From Octopus sinensis (Eukaryota), in assembly GCF_006345805.1 (NCBI RefSeq), contig NC_043003.1, positions 88,784,001 through 88,848,000 on the forward strand: DNA of 64,000 bases, in the 5' to 3' direction. Within the stretch, counting starts at the first letter, position 1. Every line of letters begins with the position of its first letter. The position numbers and the translations under genes are program-made. The notes under the pieces are model-generated. The model was not told where the DNA came from, searched no databases, and was given only the letters and a program-made list of their open reading frames with translations. Below, piece after piece: positions 26,626 to 40,899 of this stretch.

Positions 26626-26668
<43 letters not shown>

Positions 26669-27069
26669 GTAATCCAAACATGAAAACACAAAGAGAAAAC
26701 ACAACGCAAGGATGTGGAACAAGTATTGTGTTATTGGATACTTAGGAAAAGAAAGAAAGAAGGAGGATTTAACGTTTTGAGCGGAGGTCAGAAACATAGA
26801 AAAAGGAAAATCCAAGGAAGGGAAGACAGAGGAAAAAATCGCCAATGACACACAAGCAGTCACATATTGAATGACAGGTAGGACAGGTCTTCTAGAGTAC
26901 AGCAAGGCACCAGATATCTCAGTTCTTCATCATCTCATCTAAAATGCTCAGCATCTTTCAGTACTTCATCCCACCTACATATATATACATGTATGTATAT
27001 GCACATAATGCATATATATATACCTAGGTGGGATGAAGTACTGAAGGATGCTGAGCATTTTAGATGAGA

Positions 27070-28910
27070 CTGGCACTATGACCTGGCATTGCCGGGTCTA
27101 GTGCTAGGGCTTGTTGTTCAGTGCCAGGTCGCAGTGGCAGCAGCATTCTGAGAATGGCGGGCCAGTGTTTGTTCTGGAGTTTCAGCAGCCCTTGCGGTGG
27201 CCGTGGCAGCAGCATTCCAAGCTAATCGAATAAATCTGTCTTGGGGCTCTTCATTGGCACTTCTGGCCCTCTTAGCCTCTGAATCAGCTATCCTTCTCCC
27301 AATGCAAGGTCTCTTCTTTGGGAGCATTTTGGTTAATCAACAAAATGTAGGTGAACCGGAAATGGGTTTGGTTATGTGAACTGAGGTAACTAATTCCCAA
27401 CAAACGTTACCACACTTTTTTAGGTTTACTGAATTACACAACAAAATGATAATGGCAAAAATGAGAACCGACTGGCAAACAAAGGGTAGTTAAAAACAGG
27501 AGAAAAATTGGCTGGTCAAAACACAGTAATCAAAAAGTGGTATCAAACAAAAAAATGTTTTATCTTAAAAAAAATATGTTAAAAAATACTCAAAACAATA
27601 ATGAAAACCAATTTAAGCAATACTCAAAGCATGTACTGATTTCAAATACAAAACGGTTATTTTACGCAAAAGGGGAAACAAAATGCAGCAGTGTTAATTA
27701 ATGAGTTGCCTGGCAAAAATATGACCGGGCAACCCAAATAAAACTGATAAGTATAGTGTAGCGTTATGAATGAACAGAGAACTTGTGGTCAGTAACGATA
27801 ACCGAACCTCAAAGCGTGATTGTGAAAAGCGTTGGAGTCTGGGCACCAAAACATAAATCCTCACTTTTAATCAGTGCATTGAATCTGATTGGGTAATGTT
27901 CTAGGCCACGCATTCAAAGTTGAACGGTTATACATGGCCTCTGCAGCGTTGCATTGTCATGGCCAGTACACGCATGTACGCACACATACAAGCATGCATG
28001 CACGCATGCACACATCCAAGGTCATCCTCAGGAGCATGCACGTGCATACATACACGTGATGACTAAGTGCCTACACGAGAATACGCGGGAAAAAGCTTTG
28101 TGAGGCGTTTAATGCACAGGTTATTAGATGGGAGCATAAATGTTGAGACTTTTTCCATCACCTTGTTAGATTAATTGTTGTGCTACTGATTGATTGACAA
28201 TTTTAGTCAATTCGAACCAGCTTAGGAATTCTTCACCGAAAAGATCAACCTGATAATCCTAAGTATCAGCTATGTAGATATCAAATGATTCGATCTGTAG
28301 CTAAATGAAGCCGCTAGATTTATGCAAGCAAAGAAACGTTTCAAAAAATCCCTTAAGGGTTCAACTCGCTGGATAATTTTAATCAATTGAAAGCGCTTCT
28401 TAAGAAGAGTTATTAAATAGGCTCCAACTCCCTTATGGCATACTTCAAGAATGATGGCATAGCAAGCATATTTTGGCCTTTCAAGAAAATCCCGCTTTTT
28501 CTTGGCATTTACTTAGCCGTATTCGTTAATTATTTCTCACGTGTTCATAAACTGGCCTCTTTGTTTGTGCATTGAGTCATGCATGCATATGCAGCTGCGT
28601 GCATACACACATACACAAGAGTACTGTCCAAATCTCCGACTAATCACATACAGCTAGCTGGCATTCAATTGGCGTATCAAGTTTCAGGCATTTTTATTGG
28701 GTTTTGGATAGAAAATTCACAAAAAAGTCACTTTTATTGATTTTTTAATGGCTTTGCGGGGTGACTGGGGAAATGTAAAGATGTGAACGATCACCCTTGG
28801 ATGATTTTGAATGACTATAGAAAGTGTGAGCCCTCTAACTGAAAAAGTGTTGATTTGTATAAAGGACACACACACACACAGACATTTTGCCATTTATATA
28901 TATATATAGA
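27070..28910 (-). mobile_element. Non-autonomous Helitron inserted at A|T
   Basis: 5' end A|TCTATATATATATAAATGGC. 3' hairpin GACCCGGCAATGCCAGGTC then CCAG|T. Remnant N-terminal peptide MLPKKRPCIGRR..ARAAETPEQTLAR at 27118-27327. Confidence 0.75.
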
Positions 28911-29475
28911 TGATGAAGAACTGAGATATCTGGTGCCTTGCTGTACTCTAGAAGACCTGTCCTACACAGCAGAAGTGTTAAGCCTGCTCCCCCCAGGTGA
29001 GGATGATTGACCTGCAAGAGTCCTGTGCTGGTGCCACATAAAAGTACTTATGGAGTGCTACATTAAAAGTATCTAACACACACTGTAAGGTAGTTGACAT
29101 TAGGAAGGGCATCCAGCCGTAGAAACTGAGCCAAAATCAGACTGGAACTTGGTACAGCTCACCAGCTTGCCAGTTCCAGTCAAACCATTCAACCCATGCC
29201 AACATTAAAGGATGATGATCATGACGATGAAGATGATAATAATGATGATATGTATTCTTTTATTCTTTTACTTGTTTCAGGCATTTGATTGTGGCCATAC
29301 TGGAGTACCTTTAGTTGAAAAAAATCAACCCCAGGACTTATTCTTTGTGAGCCTAGTACTTATTCTATCGGTCTCTTTTGCTGAACCCTTAAGTTACAGG
29401 GATATAAACATGCCAACATCAGTTGTCAAGCGACAGTCGTGGACAAATACAGACACACAAATACATACATACATA

Positions 29476-31398
29476 TCTATATCTATAAAATTCACTGTGT
29501 GTTTTCTCTATGCACAGCCAAACTGCTGGATCAATCTGTACCAAATTTGACGTGAAGGTTTTCCATTACTTGGCAAAAGTTTTAGGGATGTCAAATTTTT
29601 GCCCTTGCTCATATAGGGAGGGCTGTGCACCCTCCCGACCCTTTTGATTTTAATTTTTTCAGTAGGTTCCTGTTTTCAATGACAGAAATTCCAAATATGC
29701 AAAAAACCATGTTTTTAAAATTTTAAATTCACCCACCAAATTCTAAATTTCTAACTTTTTCCAATTTTTTTTTTCCAATCTACATGGAAAAATATGGAGA
29801 TTAAGAATATGAAAAAAAAAAACAATTTTTAATTCCAAATTTTCAATGAAGAACTCCAAAATTGATCCATACACCCCTCGTCACCTCATCCCATTATCTA
29901 AAACTGAAAATGAACTGCTAAAAATAAAAGCTAAATGTCTGGAAAATTTCTGTGTTTGTGTGCGTGCGTCCGCAATGACTTCTACAGCTTATGCGAATGA
30001 ACAGAGAAAGAATTCGTCGATTTTGTTTTTTCGCTTTAAAGGTAAACAATTCTGATAGAAGCAAACACTTTTTTTTTAAAGTAAAGATAAATGCTTTGTA
30101 ATTGTGATAATGAAACAAGGGGTTTAGTCATTACCACTAAAATGAATTTCTCTTGAAAGTGCCATTTGTATAGGAGTGTGTATGCGTGTGGGTGTATGAG
30201 TGTGTATGTCACTCTGACTATGTGTTTCCATATTAGGTATGTTATTAAACACACGTCTACACATACGTATAAACATGTGACGACTGACACGCATGAATGT
30301 ATGTCTTTTTGTGTCTTTCTTACTATATGTATGTGACTGTATGTGAGGGTGTATGTGTGCGTTGTCACATTTTGTATGTGCATGTGTCTGTGAGTGTGTG
30401 TGTGTGTCTGTGTATTTGTTACGTAAAAATACACATACATCTACACATACATATACATATGTGACGAGAACATCTGGAGATGAAACTCTTGACAAAAAAC
30501 AATTAGGTGGCAGGCCCAAGGTATATCAAAATACACATCTGCCATTCAATTAACAGTTCATAATTATTACAGCAATTTCAAAGTTGCAAGGTAGTTACAA
30601 TTTGCTTATATTTGGTTAATTTACACTGCATACAAAAATACAGACATACTACATACAACTGTTTACAAAAATAGAGATTAATGTATATTTTTTACTATGT
30701 TCATAATTTTTGGTTTATCTCTCCAGATACATCTATAAAGCAAGGGGAAGTGCACAAAACCAAAGGCAAGAGTCTCAAGAGATAAGGGACATGAGACTTT
30801 CTTAATATCAGCAATGGCATGCTGCAGCATGTTAGATGGAGTCTCAATACAGAAGGGACACTTTCCAAAGATCACCAAATGTATGCTGCAGCACGTCAAG
30901 TACAGTCTCAAGAGAAAAGGGAGAGGAGACTTTCTCAACATCGGCAAAGGCATGCTGCAGCTCATCTGATGGAGTCTCAAGAGAAAAGAGAGAGAGGAGA
31001 CTTTCTCAAGATCAGCAAAGGCATGCTGCAGCATTTTATGCTGAATCATTAAAACAACGTCTAGCACGCCAGATTACACAGAGGTCCAATAGAATAGCTT
31101 GTTGTGAGGTACAAGAAGCCAGCACTATTTTGAATAAGGTCTCGCCAGTTCTACACAACGCTTGGAGCCGCTTTCAGATATGATCCATCCCATCCTTATA
31201 AAAATGATAATTTTGTCCAAATTGGTGTGCTAATCTCAAATTGTTGTTTATGCAAAGTTTTAAAAATTTACTCCACAAATGTTGTCGTCAATGCAGTATA
31301 TATATACTTGTACTGTATCACCTGTTTCAACATAACTGCAATATATTATACAAACTATGTCATTATTAACCCTGAGCTATGCTGAGCATCTCTGCTAG
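29476..31398 (+). mobile_element. Non-autonomous Helitron
   Basis: A|TCTATATCTATAAA start, end with imperfect hairpin (cctgagctatgctgagc) then CTAG|T. Internal ESQEKRERRLSQ repeats resemble Helitron N-terminal repeats. Confidence 0.7.
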
Positions 31399-31598
31399 TA
31401 TACATATGTAAACAACAGGCTTCTTTCAGTTTCTGTCTACCAAATCCACTTACAAGGCTTTGGTTGGCCCGAGGCTATAGCAGAAGACACTTGCCCAAAA
31501 TGGTACAAAGTGGGACTGAATCTGGGACCAAGTGATTGGGAAGCAAACTTCTTACCACACAACCACGCCTGCAATATATATACACTCACATGTGTCTT

Positions 31599-31643
<45 letters not shown>

Positions 31644-31866
31644 GTATGTATATATATATATATACGTATGTACGTATGTGTTTGGGTATGTACATATACA
31701 TTCATATACATATCTATATGTGTGTATATACGCACATATTTGTGCACATATATATATTTATATATATATGTATGTATACATTCACATACATATCTATATG
31801 TGTCTATAAACACACACATGTGCATATATATATATGCAAAAAATGTGTGACAAAAGAAAATGAATC

Positions 31867-31912
<46 letters not shown>

Positions 31913-31978
31913 GGGCTCCTAGGGAGCGTTTTGTTCGAATTGCTTGCTGCGCATTTGTTTGGAGATTTAAATTCCTGG

Positions 31979-32064
31979 ATTTTCCTGAAGAGAAAGCTGC
32001 AAAATGGTCTCCTTATTCAATCCGAATTTGGAAATTTGCGGCCTTTGAAACATGTGTAGAAAAT
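31979..32064 (+). ncRNA. Type-I hammerhead ribozyme motif with long stem II
   Basis: ATTTTC CTGAAGA GAAAGCTGCAAA...TTTGCGGCCTTT GAAA CATGTG TA GAAAAT. Helix I is 6 bp, 11 of 12 stem II positions pair, and the core is complete. Confidence 0.75.
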
Positions 32065-32114
32065 AATAAAAGGAATTCTGTAGAATCTTCGTTCAGCTCC
32101 ATTTCTTCCCTTCA

Positions 32115-32156
<42 letters not shown>

Positions 32157-32283
32157 ATAAAACAATAATATATAATTATACATAAAATTTCTTGTATAAG
32201 TTTTTACCGAATACGGTTCCTTTCCATACCAAAACTATTTGGTGAAATTTATTAATTATAAATTAATAATTTTTTACCCTATA

Positions 32284-32319
<36 letters not shown>

Positions 32320-32439
32320 TGTATGTATGTATGTATGTACGTACGTACGTACGTATGTATGTATGGCTCCCTCTCTCTCTCTCTCTGCCTCACTCTCTCT
32401 CTGCCTCACTCTCTCTCTGCCTCACTCTCTCTCTGCCTC

Positions 32440-32968
32440 ACTCTCTCCCTGTTTCGATTACTACTTGCTTTACCAACACTTCCCCCTCCTTCACCACCAC
32501 CCCACCCTACATAAACTAACACATGCACTCGAATTCCCCTACTCAATTTTAATAACTCTACCAAAAGAATACGAACCCAGAAGATGCTCAGATAAGAAGT
32601 TTTGTCTTTTCAACCTCATACATCTACTCTATTTCTGTGCAGATCATAAACCCCTTATTAGTTCTTTTCATTATTCTATCTATTTCATTACCATGTAAAC
32701 ATAGTTTCGTCTTCCTCGCTGCTGTCTTAAAACAAAATTAAGTTCCTCCATACCTACTTGCTATTCGTCACCTATTCAGTTATTCAAGTTTGTCTCATCG
32801 TCACTTATTTCTCTAATTTTGTCACAGATTGGCTGACCAAAAATTCTAAGATTTTTCAATTCTATTTCACTATTATCAGCATTTGCTGTTTCATTAAATT
32901 ATGTTACTCAAAATCCCAAAAGAATATTTTTCTCCCTCGTGTTCTATTCCTGACCACCCTAACTCTGG

Positions 32969-33006
<38 letters not shown>

Positions 33007-33160
33007 GTCTGTCTCTCTCTCTCTGTTTCAATTACCACTTGCTTCGCCAACACTTCCTCCTCCTCCACCACACCACCCTAAATAAACTAGTGCATGCACT
33101 CAAATTTCCCTACTCCATTTTAATAACTCCCCCCAAAAGAATACAAATCCAGAAGATGCT
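32440..33160. repeat. Two direct copies of an about 150-bp unit, each after a (CT)n tract
   Basis: ctgtttc(g/a)attac..acttgc..ccaacacttcc..aaagaatac..ccagaagatgctc at about 32447-32590 and 33020-33160. Confidence 0.75.
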
Positions 33161-33449
33161 CTCATATAATTTTGCTCTCTCATGGTACGCCCGCCCTCCC
33201 CCCACTCCACTTGTTCCGGAAGTCCCTATCCACCTGTGCCGAATGACCCTATCCTCTGTCATCCTTTGGTTGTCTCCCATGAACACTTCTAAACACTTCT
33301 TTATGCCATCCCCACCCCTACTTAGGGTATATCTCCTATGTAAGGTAGTGATCATATAGTGCATAAATATGATGGTGTAGTGTATGCAGGTTGAAGGTGA
33401 TTGTTTGTTTATGAATTCTGCTAAATGTGAGCGTTCTTTGCAGGTACAT

Positions 33450-36400
33450 GATGCTGCTGTCTCTCATCCCAGGGTCTCATGGGCCCACACCCTCAGAGTT
33501 GGCACACTCAATGTGGGCACAACTGAAAGGTAGGTCTGGTGAGATTGTTGAGATGCTTGAATAGAGACGTGTAAATTTGTGCTGCCTCCAAGAAGTAAGG
33601 TGGAGAGCAGGTTCCACAAGGTTCCTCATAGGCAAAGCACACAGGTACAAGATTTTCTGGGCAGGGAACACTGATGGGGTCGGGGGCGTGGGTATACTTC
33701 TTGCAGAAAAATGGGTTGATAAGGTAATTGAGGTAGTCAGAGTATGCAGTAGAATACTTAAGATTAGATTAGTGCTACATCACAGGTTAACAACCATTAT
33801 CTCAACCTATATCCCTCAGCCGGTGCTACCTGATGGACAGAAAGACTGATTTTATGACACCCTCTTGCAGACTACCTTGTTGACAAATGACAGGGACCTT
33901 CTCTTTGTGGCTGGTGACTTCAATGGACATGTTGGACAACATGCTGGGGGCTTCCATGGCATACATGGAGGCTATGGTTTTGGTTCCCGCAATGAGGAGG
34001 GAACCAGGCTGTTGGAGTTCTGCAATGCAAATGATCTTATGGTTTGCAATACTAACTTCAGGAAACCTGCCAGTCACCTAGCCACCTACCGTTCTGGCAG
34101 ACATACTAGCCAAATTGAGTACATCCTCGCCAGAAAAAGGGAAAGAGGGCTGATTATAAATGCCAAAAGCTTCCCAGGCAAAGAATGTACCCCACAATAT
34201 AGACTAGTAGTTAGTGACTTCAGGATCAGGGCTAAATGGACGCCCAGAAGACGACCCGCATGGAAGAGAAGGGTCTGGAAGTTTAAAGATCCTGCGATTG
34301 GACAGAGATTTAGAGACGTATTACTCAAAACCTTTGACGAAGTAGAAAGGATATAGCATCACACAATGTGAAAGGCAACTGGAGGTTTCTTCGGGACAAC
34401 CTGCTGAGAGCCACTGACCAGATCTGTGGATAGTGCAAAGCCCCCTCTCGACCAAGGTAATGTGGTGGTGGTGGAACAATGTTGTTGACAGGTCTATTAG
34501 AGAAAAGAAATGGGCTTGGAAGGACTGGAAGAATAGTGGTAGCAAGAAAGTGTATCAGACTGCCAAAAGGGAAGCTAGGAGACAGGTTTATTTAGCCAGA
34601 GAGGAAGCAGATAAGGAAAAATTTGCCAATGTTCTGCACCGTGAGGACCAAAGACTTGAGGTATTTCATGCTGCAAGACAGTGTGTGAGAGAGAATCGTG
34701 ATGTTGTAGGAAAGAAATGTGTCCGCATGGATGATGGTTCACTTGCATTAAACGAGGCTACAAAGAGAGAGGTTTGGAGATGCCACTATGAAAATAAATA
34801 AAGAAAATGAATGGGAGAAAGAAAGTTTGCCAAATGTCATCCCAACAGAGGGATCAGGTATCTGAATTGACAGTACCTTGGTAGATAAAGCAATAAAAGG
34901 TATGAAGACAGGGGAAGCCCACCCATCAGGAATCACTGCAGAGATGCTCAAAATATCTGGCAGTGTCGGCTATAGTCTAGTCACCCGTATAAGTTAAACA
35001 GGTGATACAGGAAGGAGTCATACCCAATGACTGGTGTAGGAGCACCATAGTCAACTGCTAAAAAGGTAAAGGTGTCACTTTAGATACAAATGAATTACAG
35101 AGGTATCAAGTTGTTGGATCAAGTAATGAAGGTTACAGAGAGGGTCATAGCCCAACTAATTAGGGAGAGAGTCAGTCTAGATGAGATGCAGTTTGGGTTT
35201 GTGCCAGAGAAAAGTACCACTGATGCCATATTTCGGGTAAGACAGCTGCAAGAGAAATACCAAGCCAAAGATAAACCTCTGAACCTGGCTTTCGTTGACA
35301 TGGAGAAAGCCTTTGACACAGTTTCCCAATCCCTTATCTGGTGGTCAATGAGGAAACTAGGGATAGATGAATGGTTAGTGAGAGCTGTGCAAGCCATGTA
35401 CAGGGATGCTGTCAGTAAGGTGAGGGTTGGCAACGAGTACAGTGAAGAACTTTGTGTAGGGGTAGGAGTCCACCAAGGATCCGTCCTCAGCCCCCTCTTA
35501 TTCATCATAGTCCTCCAGGCAATAACAGAGGAATTAAAGACAGGATGCCCCTGGGAGCTCCTTTATGCTGATGACCTTGCTCTAATTGCTTAGTCACTAT
35601 CAGAACTAGAGGAGAAGCTTCAGGTGTGGAAGCAAGGATTAGAATCAAAGGGCCTTAGAATCAACCTAGCTAAAACCAAAGTCTTAATTAGTAAGAAGGC
35701 AGACAAACTACAAATCCTCTCAGGTAGATGGCTCTGCTTGATCTGTAGAAAAGGCATGGGTAGAAACTCCATAAGATGTACCCAGTGTAAGTTATGGACA
35801 CATAAGAGGTGCAGCAATATCAAAGGAAGGCTAACTGGGAAGATAGTTTTTCTATGTGGCAAATGCTCAGGTGCTATAAACACTGAAAATGTGCAGAGAA
35901 CAGCTTCTGTTACATTCCAGGGAGAAAAACTAGAAGTAGTTGATAGCTTCCATTACCTAGGTGACCAAGTCAGTAGCAGGGGATGGTGCGCTGAAAGTGT
36001 AGCTGCTAGAATAAGAATAGCTTGGGCAAAGTTCAGAGAGCTCTACCTCTGCTGGTGACAAAGGGCCTCTCGCTCAGAGTAGAAGGTAGACTGTATGACG
36101 CATGTGTAAGAACAGCCATGCTACATGGCAGTGAAACATGGGCTGTGACTGATGAGGACATGTGTAAGCTCGCAAGGAATGAAGCCAGTATGCTCCAATG
36201 GATGTGTAATGTCAGTGTGCATACTCGACAGGGTGTTAGTGCCCTGAGAGAAAGGTTGGACCTAAGAAGCATCAGATGTGGTGTGCAAGAGAGACGACTG
36301 CGCTGGTATGGCCATGTGGCGAGAATGGATGTGGATAGCTGTGTAAAAAAGTGTCACACCCTGTGGAAGAGGTAGACCCAGGAAGACCTAAGATGAGGTG

Positions 36401-37030
36401 GTGAAGCATGACCTTCGAACATTGGGCCTCACCAAGGCAATGACTAGTGACCGGGACCTTTGGAAATATGCTGTGCTTGAGAAGATTCGGCAAGCCCAAA
36501 TGAGACCATAACCTCATGGCCTATGCCAGGGGTGTAACAAGCCCACTTATGTGTACCTTTCCTTCATTGAACACTAAACTCTTCTTGCGAAGACTTGTTG
36601 AGGCAAGTGAAATCGAAATCGAAATCAAATTTGATGACCAGTATCCGTGCTAGCGGAGCACTAAGAGTACCATACGAGCGTGATCACTGGCAGAGCAGTG
36701 CTTGTAGCACGTAAAAAGCACCATTCGAGTGTGATCGTTACCTGCATTGCCTTACTGGCACTTGTGCTGGTGGCATGTGAAAAAACATTCGAGTGAGGTC
36801 GTTGCCAGTGCCACAAGAGTGGCTCCTGTGCAGGTGGTACAAAAAAGCACCACATGACCGGCACATAAAAGCACCCACTACATTCTCGGAGTGGTTGGCG
36901 TTAGGAAGGGCATCCAGCTGTAGAAACTCTGCCAAATCAGATTGGAGTCTGGTGCAGCCATCTACTTCGCTAGACCTCAGTCAAATTGTCCAACCCATGC
37001 TAGCATGGAAAGCGGACATTAAACGATACT
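33450..37030 (+). mobile_element. Near full-length RTE LINE (AP endonuclease plus RT), multiply inactivated
   Basis: LRVGTLNVG, CCLQEVRW, GDFNGHVG, NYRGIKLL, FGFVP, AFVDMEKAFD, HQGSVLSPLLF, LLYADDL, RWYGHV, then 3' UTR. Confidence 0.95.
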
Positions 37031-37622
37031 GATGAATTGCACAGCTTAAGAAAACAGCCAAATAAAACAATCTCCATTCTGTTTTGACATCCTCAGTTTG
37101 TTTTGGAAAGTCTCTAAATTTTGATTCAATATTGTCTGCATATTTGTTTCTGATCCACCGTTATCCACCATTTTATCCTGTAAATTGTACTTTCCAGTTT
37201 AGTGAATTCTCCCTGCTGTAGATTGTCTCTGGTTGCAGACAGTTAGGTGGTGATCAATTGACAGCTCCAGCCTTCTCTTTACCTGAATGTCCAGCACACA
37301 TCAAAGAGATGATATCAAAATTTGTCTGTGACCTCTGTCCTAAAGTATCCCTATATCCAGTAAACTTTTGGGTATCCTTGTATTGAAAGACCGTGACCAC
37401 CATAGAGAGCCCATTTCCAACACAGAAGTCTAGTGAAGCCTTTTCATTTTCATCTGTAATGAATAGCTTCCTAGATTCTAAGCCAGGATTTGAAACTGAA
37501 TCTACACTTTTATTTTAGTTCCTTTGCTATTGATCTCAGCTTTTGCACTTTGAAATTCATGAGAATCAACTATGACACTTAGTTAAACTCTTTTGTTTAA
37601 GTTAACATTCTCGGGTTAAATA

Positions 37623-37837
37623 TGAAGGGGTGTTGAAAAGTTCCTGGCTTTAAAAGTATCACAAAAGGCCTGGTTGGAGGCGCAACCTTCCAAGTTCTTT
37701 TACAGGGCTTAGAAAAACTGAAGGACTGCTGCAGTAAATGTGTGAATCTGAGATGGGAATGTTGAATAAAATCATAATTAACTGCTTCTCCGGTGATTTT
37801 GTTTATCCAAAGCCAGGAACTTTTCAGCACCCCCTTG
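37623..37837. mobile_element. Mariner-type MITE with TA target duplication
   Basis: TA-TGAAGGGGTGTTGAAAAGTTCCTGGCTT ... AAGCCAGGAACTTTTCAGCACCCCCTTG-TA. Confidence 0.85.
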
Positions 37838-38530
37838 TACAGTTTGAGAGAGATAAACACATTATTTTCCATTGTTCACCAACCTCCATCCTTTGCAACA
37901 AGTACAAATACAGTACCCAAATTCAGTTCTATTTCTTTGGTCATGTAGCAGAATATTCATCAATCATCAATGTCGTGATTCACTGGAATGTTGCCCACAT
38001 AATCAATGAATCTGACCAATCATGATTTTGCTTGGAAAGAATATTACCCACGTAATCAATAAAATCTGGCTAGTCATAACTTCATGGGGAATAGGCTCCA
38101 GTGACTAATCCCAACTTTTGGCATGCTCCTTTCTGAGTCCATCAATAGGTATAAAATGACACACATATGCAACCAAGGCCAAGAGACCTTTGGGATGTAA
38201 CAGAAAGAGTATGAATGACAAGGCAAACAGAACACAGGCAGTGATTAATCAAGCAAATATTATAACAAACTACCAGCAGAAACACAATGACTAGCAGTAA
38301 TTTTTCTAATACTATTTCAATAACATCCAAACTCTCTCAACATTTATTGTAATACTATTGTAGAACGACTGTGCGAAAAGGAGATGTGACAAATGAATGA
38401 CTCTTTTAAGCACTGCATGGTCGCCTTACAATAAAAGCCAAAATATGGATAAATGAATACAAGTGCCAAGAAGGAATAAGGAGATAACACAACCATAGTA
38501 TGTTTAAGAGAAAAGTTTTATTTAGATGTT

Positions 38531-38715
38531 AGCAGAGTGTATGTCTGTGAGTGCAACATAAGTACGTACATAATGATAATAATAATAGACAGGCCGTCAT
38601 GCATACAATAATGTGTGTGTGCTAGCAGAGTGTGTCTGTGTATTCGACATAAGTACATATATAATAAGAACAATAAGACAGGCCGTCAAGCATGCAATAA
38701 TGTGTGTGCGTGTAC
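38531..38715. repeat. Two-copy tandem of about 95 bp
   Basis: gcagagtgt..cataagtac..agacaggccgtca..gcataataatgtgtgtg occurs twice. Confidence 0.7.
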
Positions 38716-40899
38716 AAACAAGGTGTATGTGTGTGAGATAAAATACAGAGCAATAGAAAGTCTATAACAGGACGTTAGAAGTTCAGACACAATGAAGAAA
38801 GATACCAGTTCATAGTAAATTACACAATAGTTGGAATTCTGTACAAGAGGTTGAGGTCACAAGGCAGAACCGGTTACTACATGTGTAGAGGTTGTGGCTT
38901 CTATGCTGTGCCAGGTTACTTGGTACAGAAGGTTCTCACAGGTAGACTTGCTGATAACCATGGTGAAATATTCACAAAACAGCGTGAAGTTAGACCTGAG
39001 TAAGTTGCCATGTATGTATTGATGTTGGTGGTGTCAATAAACTGAAGGTGGTGGTGGTGGAGGCGACGTTAAGGTGAAGGCAACGTTAAGATGAAGGTGA
39101 CGGTGGAGAAGGTCCTGAAATGCTGCTAGTGTTGTTTGTTGCTGGAGCATGGCTGAGTTGCTGGAACTGGCTGAGTTGTTGGAACCTGGCTGTGTGTCTC
39201 TGGATGCTCTGTGGTCAGAGGTTAGTCCGTAGAAGGACTAGAACCAAAGACACGATTCAATGAATCGCTGTGTTTTATAGCAAATTATTGGCTCAAACAG
39301 AGCTTTAGAAAAACAGTGTCACGGGACCTTATCAAAAGGTTGCTATTGGTTGGGTTGCACAATGGCGCGAAATAAAGTAAGAGACAAACTGCACCAAAAC
39401 CAACCAATCAGAGTAGTGGATACAATTGTACCAAAGCAGCCAATGGTTAACTGTTGTCTACAACATCTGTATTTGTGTTATATATGTCAGAGAGAGAGAA
39501 TGAATTTCACTAAGCTCTGCTACACTATTTCATTTACACTGAACACAATAACATCCAAACACTTTCCACATGAATAAAGTTTCTTTGTACAAAACTTAAT
39601 AGATTTTGTCATTTTTCTTCTGTGTACAATGGTTGACCTCCAATGCTAGAAACAACAGTTAGCCTATCAGCTCAAGTACAAGTGACATCTACATCTAACA
39701 GCCACAGTCACTTGGTACCAAGCCAAAGAGTATCTGTTTCTTTCATTCATTTGCTATATATAAATTATTACACATTGAGTTCAGGGTGGTCATTCTGCCC
39801 AATCACTCCTTTTCTTGACTGGTAATCAGTGCCAAAATGTGCTTTATCGCATAGGACAAATGACTCAGTCTTAGCTGCAGGCCTTACTGCTTGGTACATG
39901 TACTTGCAATAGCTGCACGGGACCTTCTTTCAACCTAAGCTTCTGGTGGTAAACGCTCTTGCCAGTGCAAATATAGTTGGCACCACATCTGAATAGTAGA
40001 ATTTCCACTCTCCATCCAAATCTATGGTGCTAGAGCCACAGAACCTTCTAGAGGAAACACCAGTTATATGTAGCTGGTAGTATTTGGCCTTCTCCACTAG
40101 CTTTTCGCTCCTTACCCATAAGGGTTGCGACATTCCAATTTCCAATCACTTATGGTTATCAATTTGTGGTCTTGGGGCATGCATTCTTATTACTCCCACC
40201 TCATGTCTCCCAGGACAAACTTACTGGCTTATTGCTGGTTGTTCTGGCATTGGATAGAGAGTGCAATATATTTTTCAGCTGGATCCTTCAAGATCCAAAC
40301 ATGTCCCTTGTTGTGGTGCACCTGAGCACTGTATGCAATAATTTCATTATTATTATTATATTAATCCCCAAACCCTTTTCACATTGCTTGTGGTGGTTTT
40401 ATTCGTGTCAGGCATCAAGCTGGCATTTGTATAGAATTCGCGAATTCATTATATGAAATGAATTAAAATTCTACTTTGCATTCATTCAAGGTCGATAAAG
40501 TGAAGTACGAACAACGTTCTAAAATTGTTAAAACGATTATATCCTGTCCCATAATTTCCGATATTATACTATCAGAATTCGCAATATATAATGTGAAAGA
40601 ATAATAATTTTTTACGTATGTTTTGTTTGTTAAATTCGGTTTCTAATTATGTCGAAAAATAGTAAAACAAAAAAAAAATTAATAAAACATCGTATACATA
40701 TATAGCTGGATACATCTATATCTGTGTATCTAATATATCTTTTTGCTGCTTTTATTACATATATTTATGTGTGTGTGTGTATTGTCTATAATGTTTTTGT
40801 TATATATGTATATACATGCGTACATATAGGTGAGTGAGATTGCATATGTGTGCTGCATAATAGCTGCTTATTGCGTAGTGGTTGTTAAGGAGGAAGTAA

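Larger units (their letters stand above)
37040..40360 (-). mobile_element. Old fragmented RTE-type LINE, 5' part (AP endonuclease), interrupted by other sequence
   Basis: IGNWNVATLMGKER..YYQLHITGVSS..IDLDGEWKFYYS at 40145-39930, GVIGQNDHPELN near 39790, and linker-like remnant at 37600-37040. Confidence 0.5.

Noticed and set aside
26400-26800. HHR vestiges on the minus strand (tttctgac..ctcaaaacgtta; ctgatgaagggg)
   Set aside because: Cores are incomplete; probably decayed pLTR fragments but not supportable as ribozymes.
32575-33160. CCAGAAGATGCTC motifs as hammerheads
   Set aside because: U4 is mutated and there is no GAAA or helix III.
33160-33450. HDV-like ribozyme at the RTE 5' end
   Set aside because: Expected from some RTE families, but I could not fold a nested double pseudoknot by eye; an Infernal search is needed.
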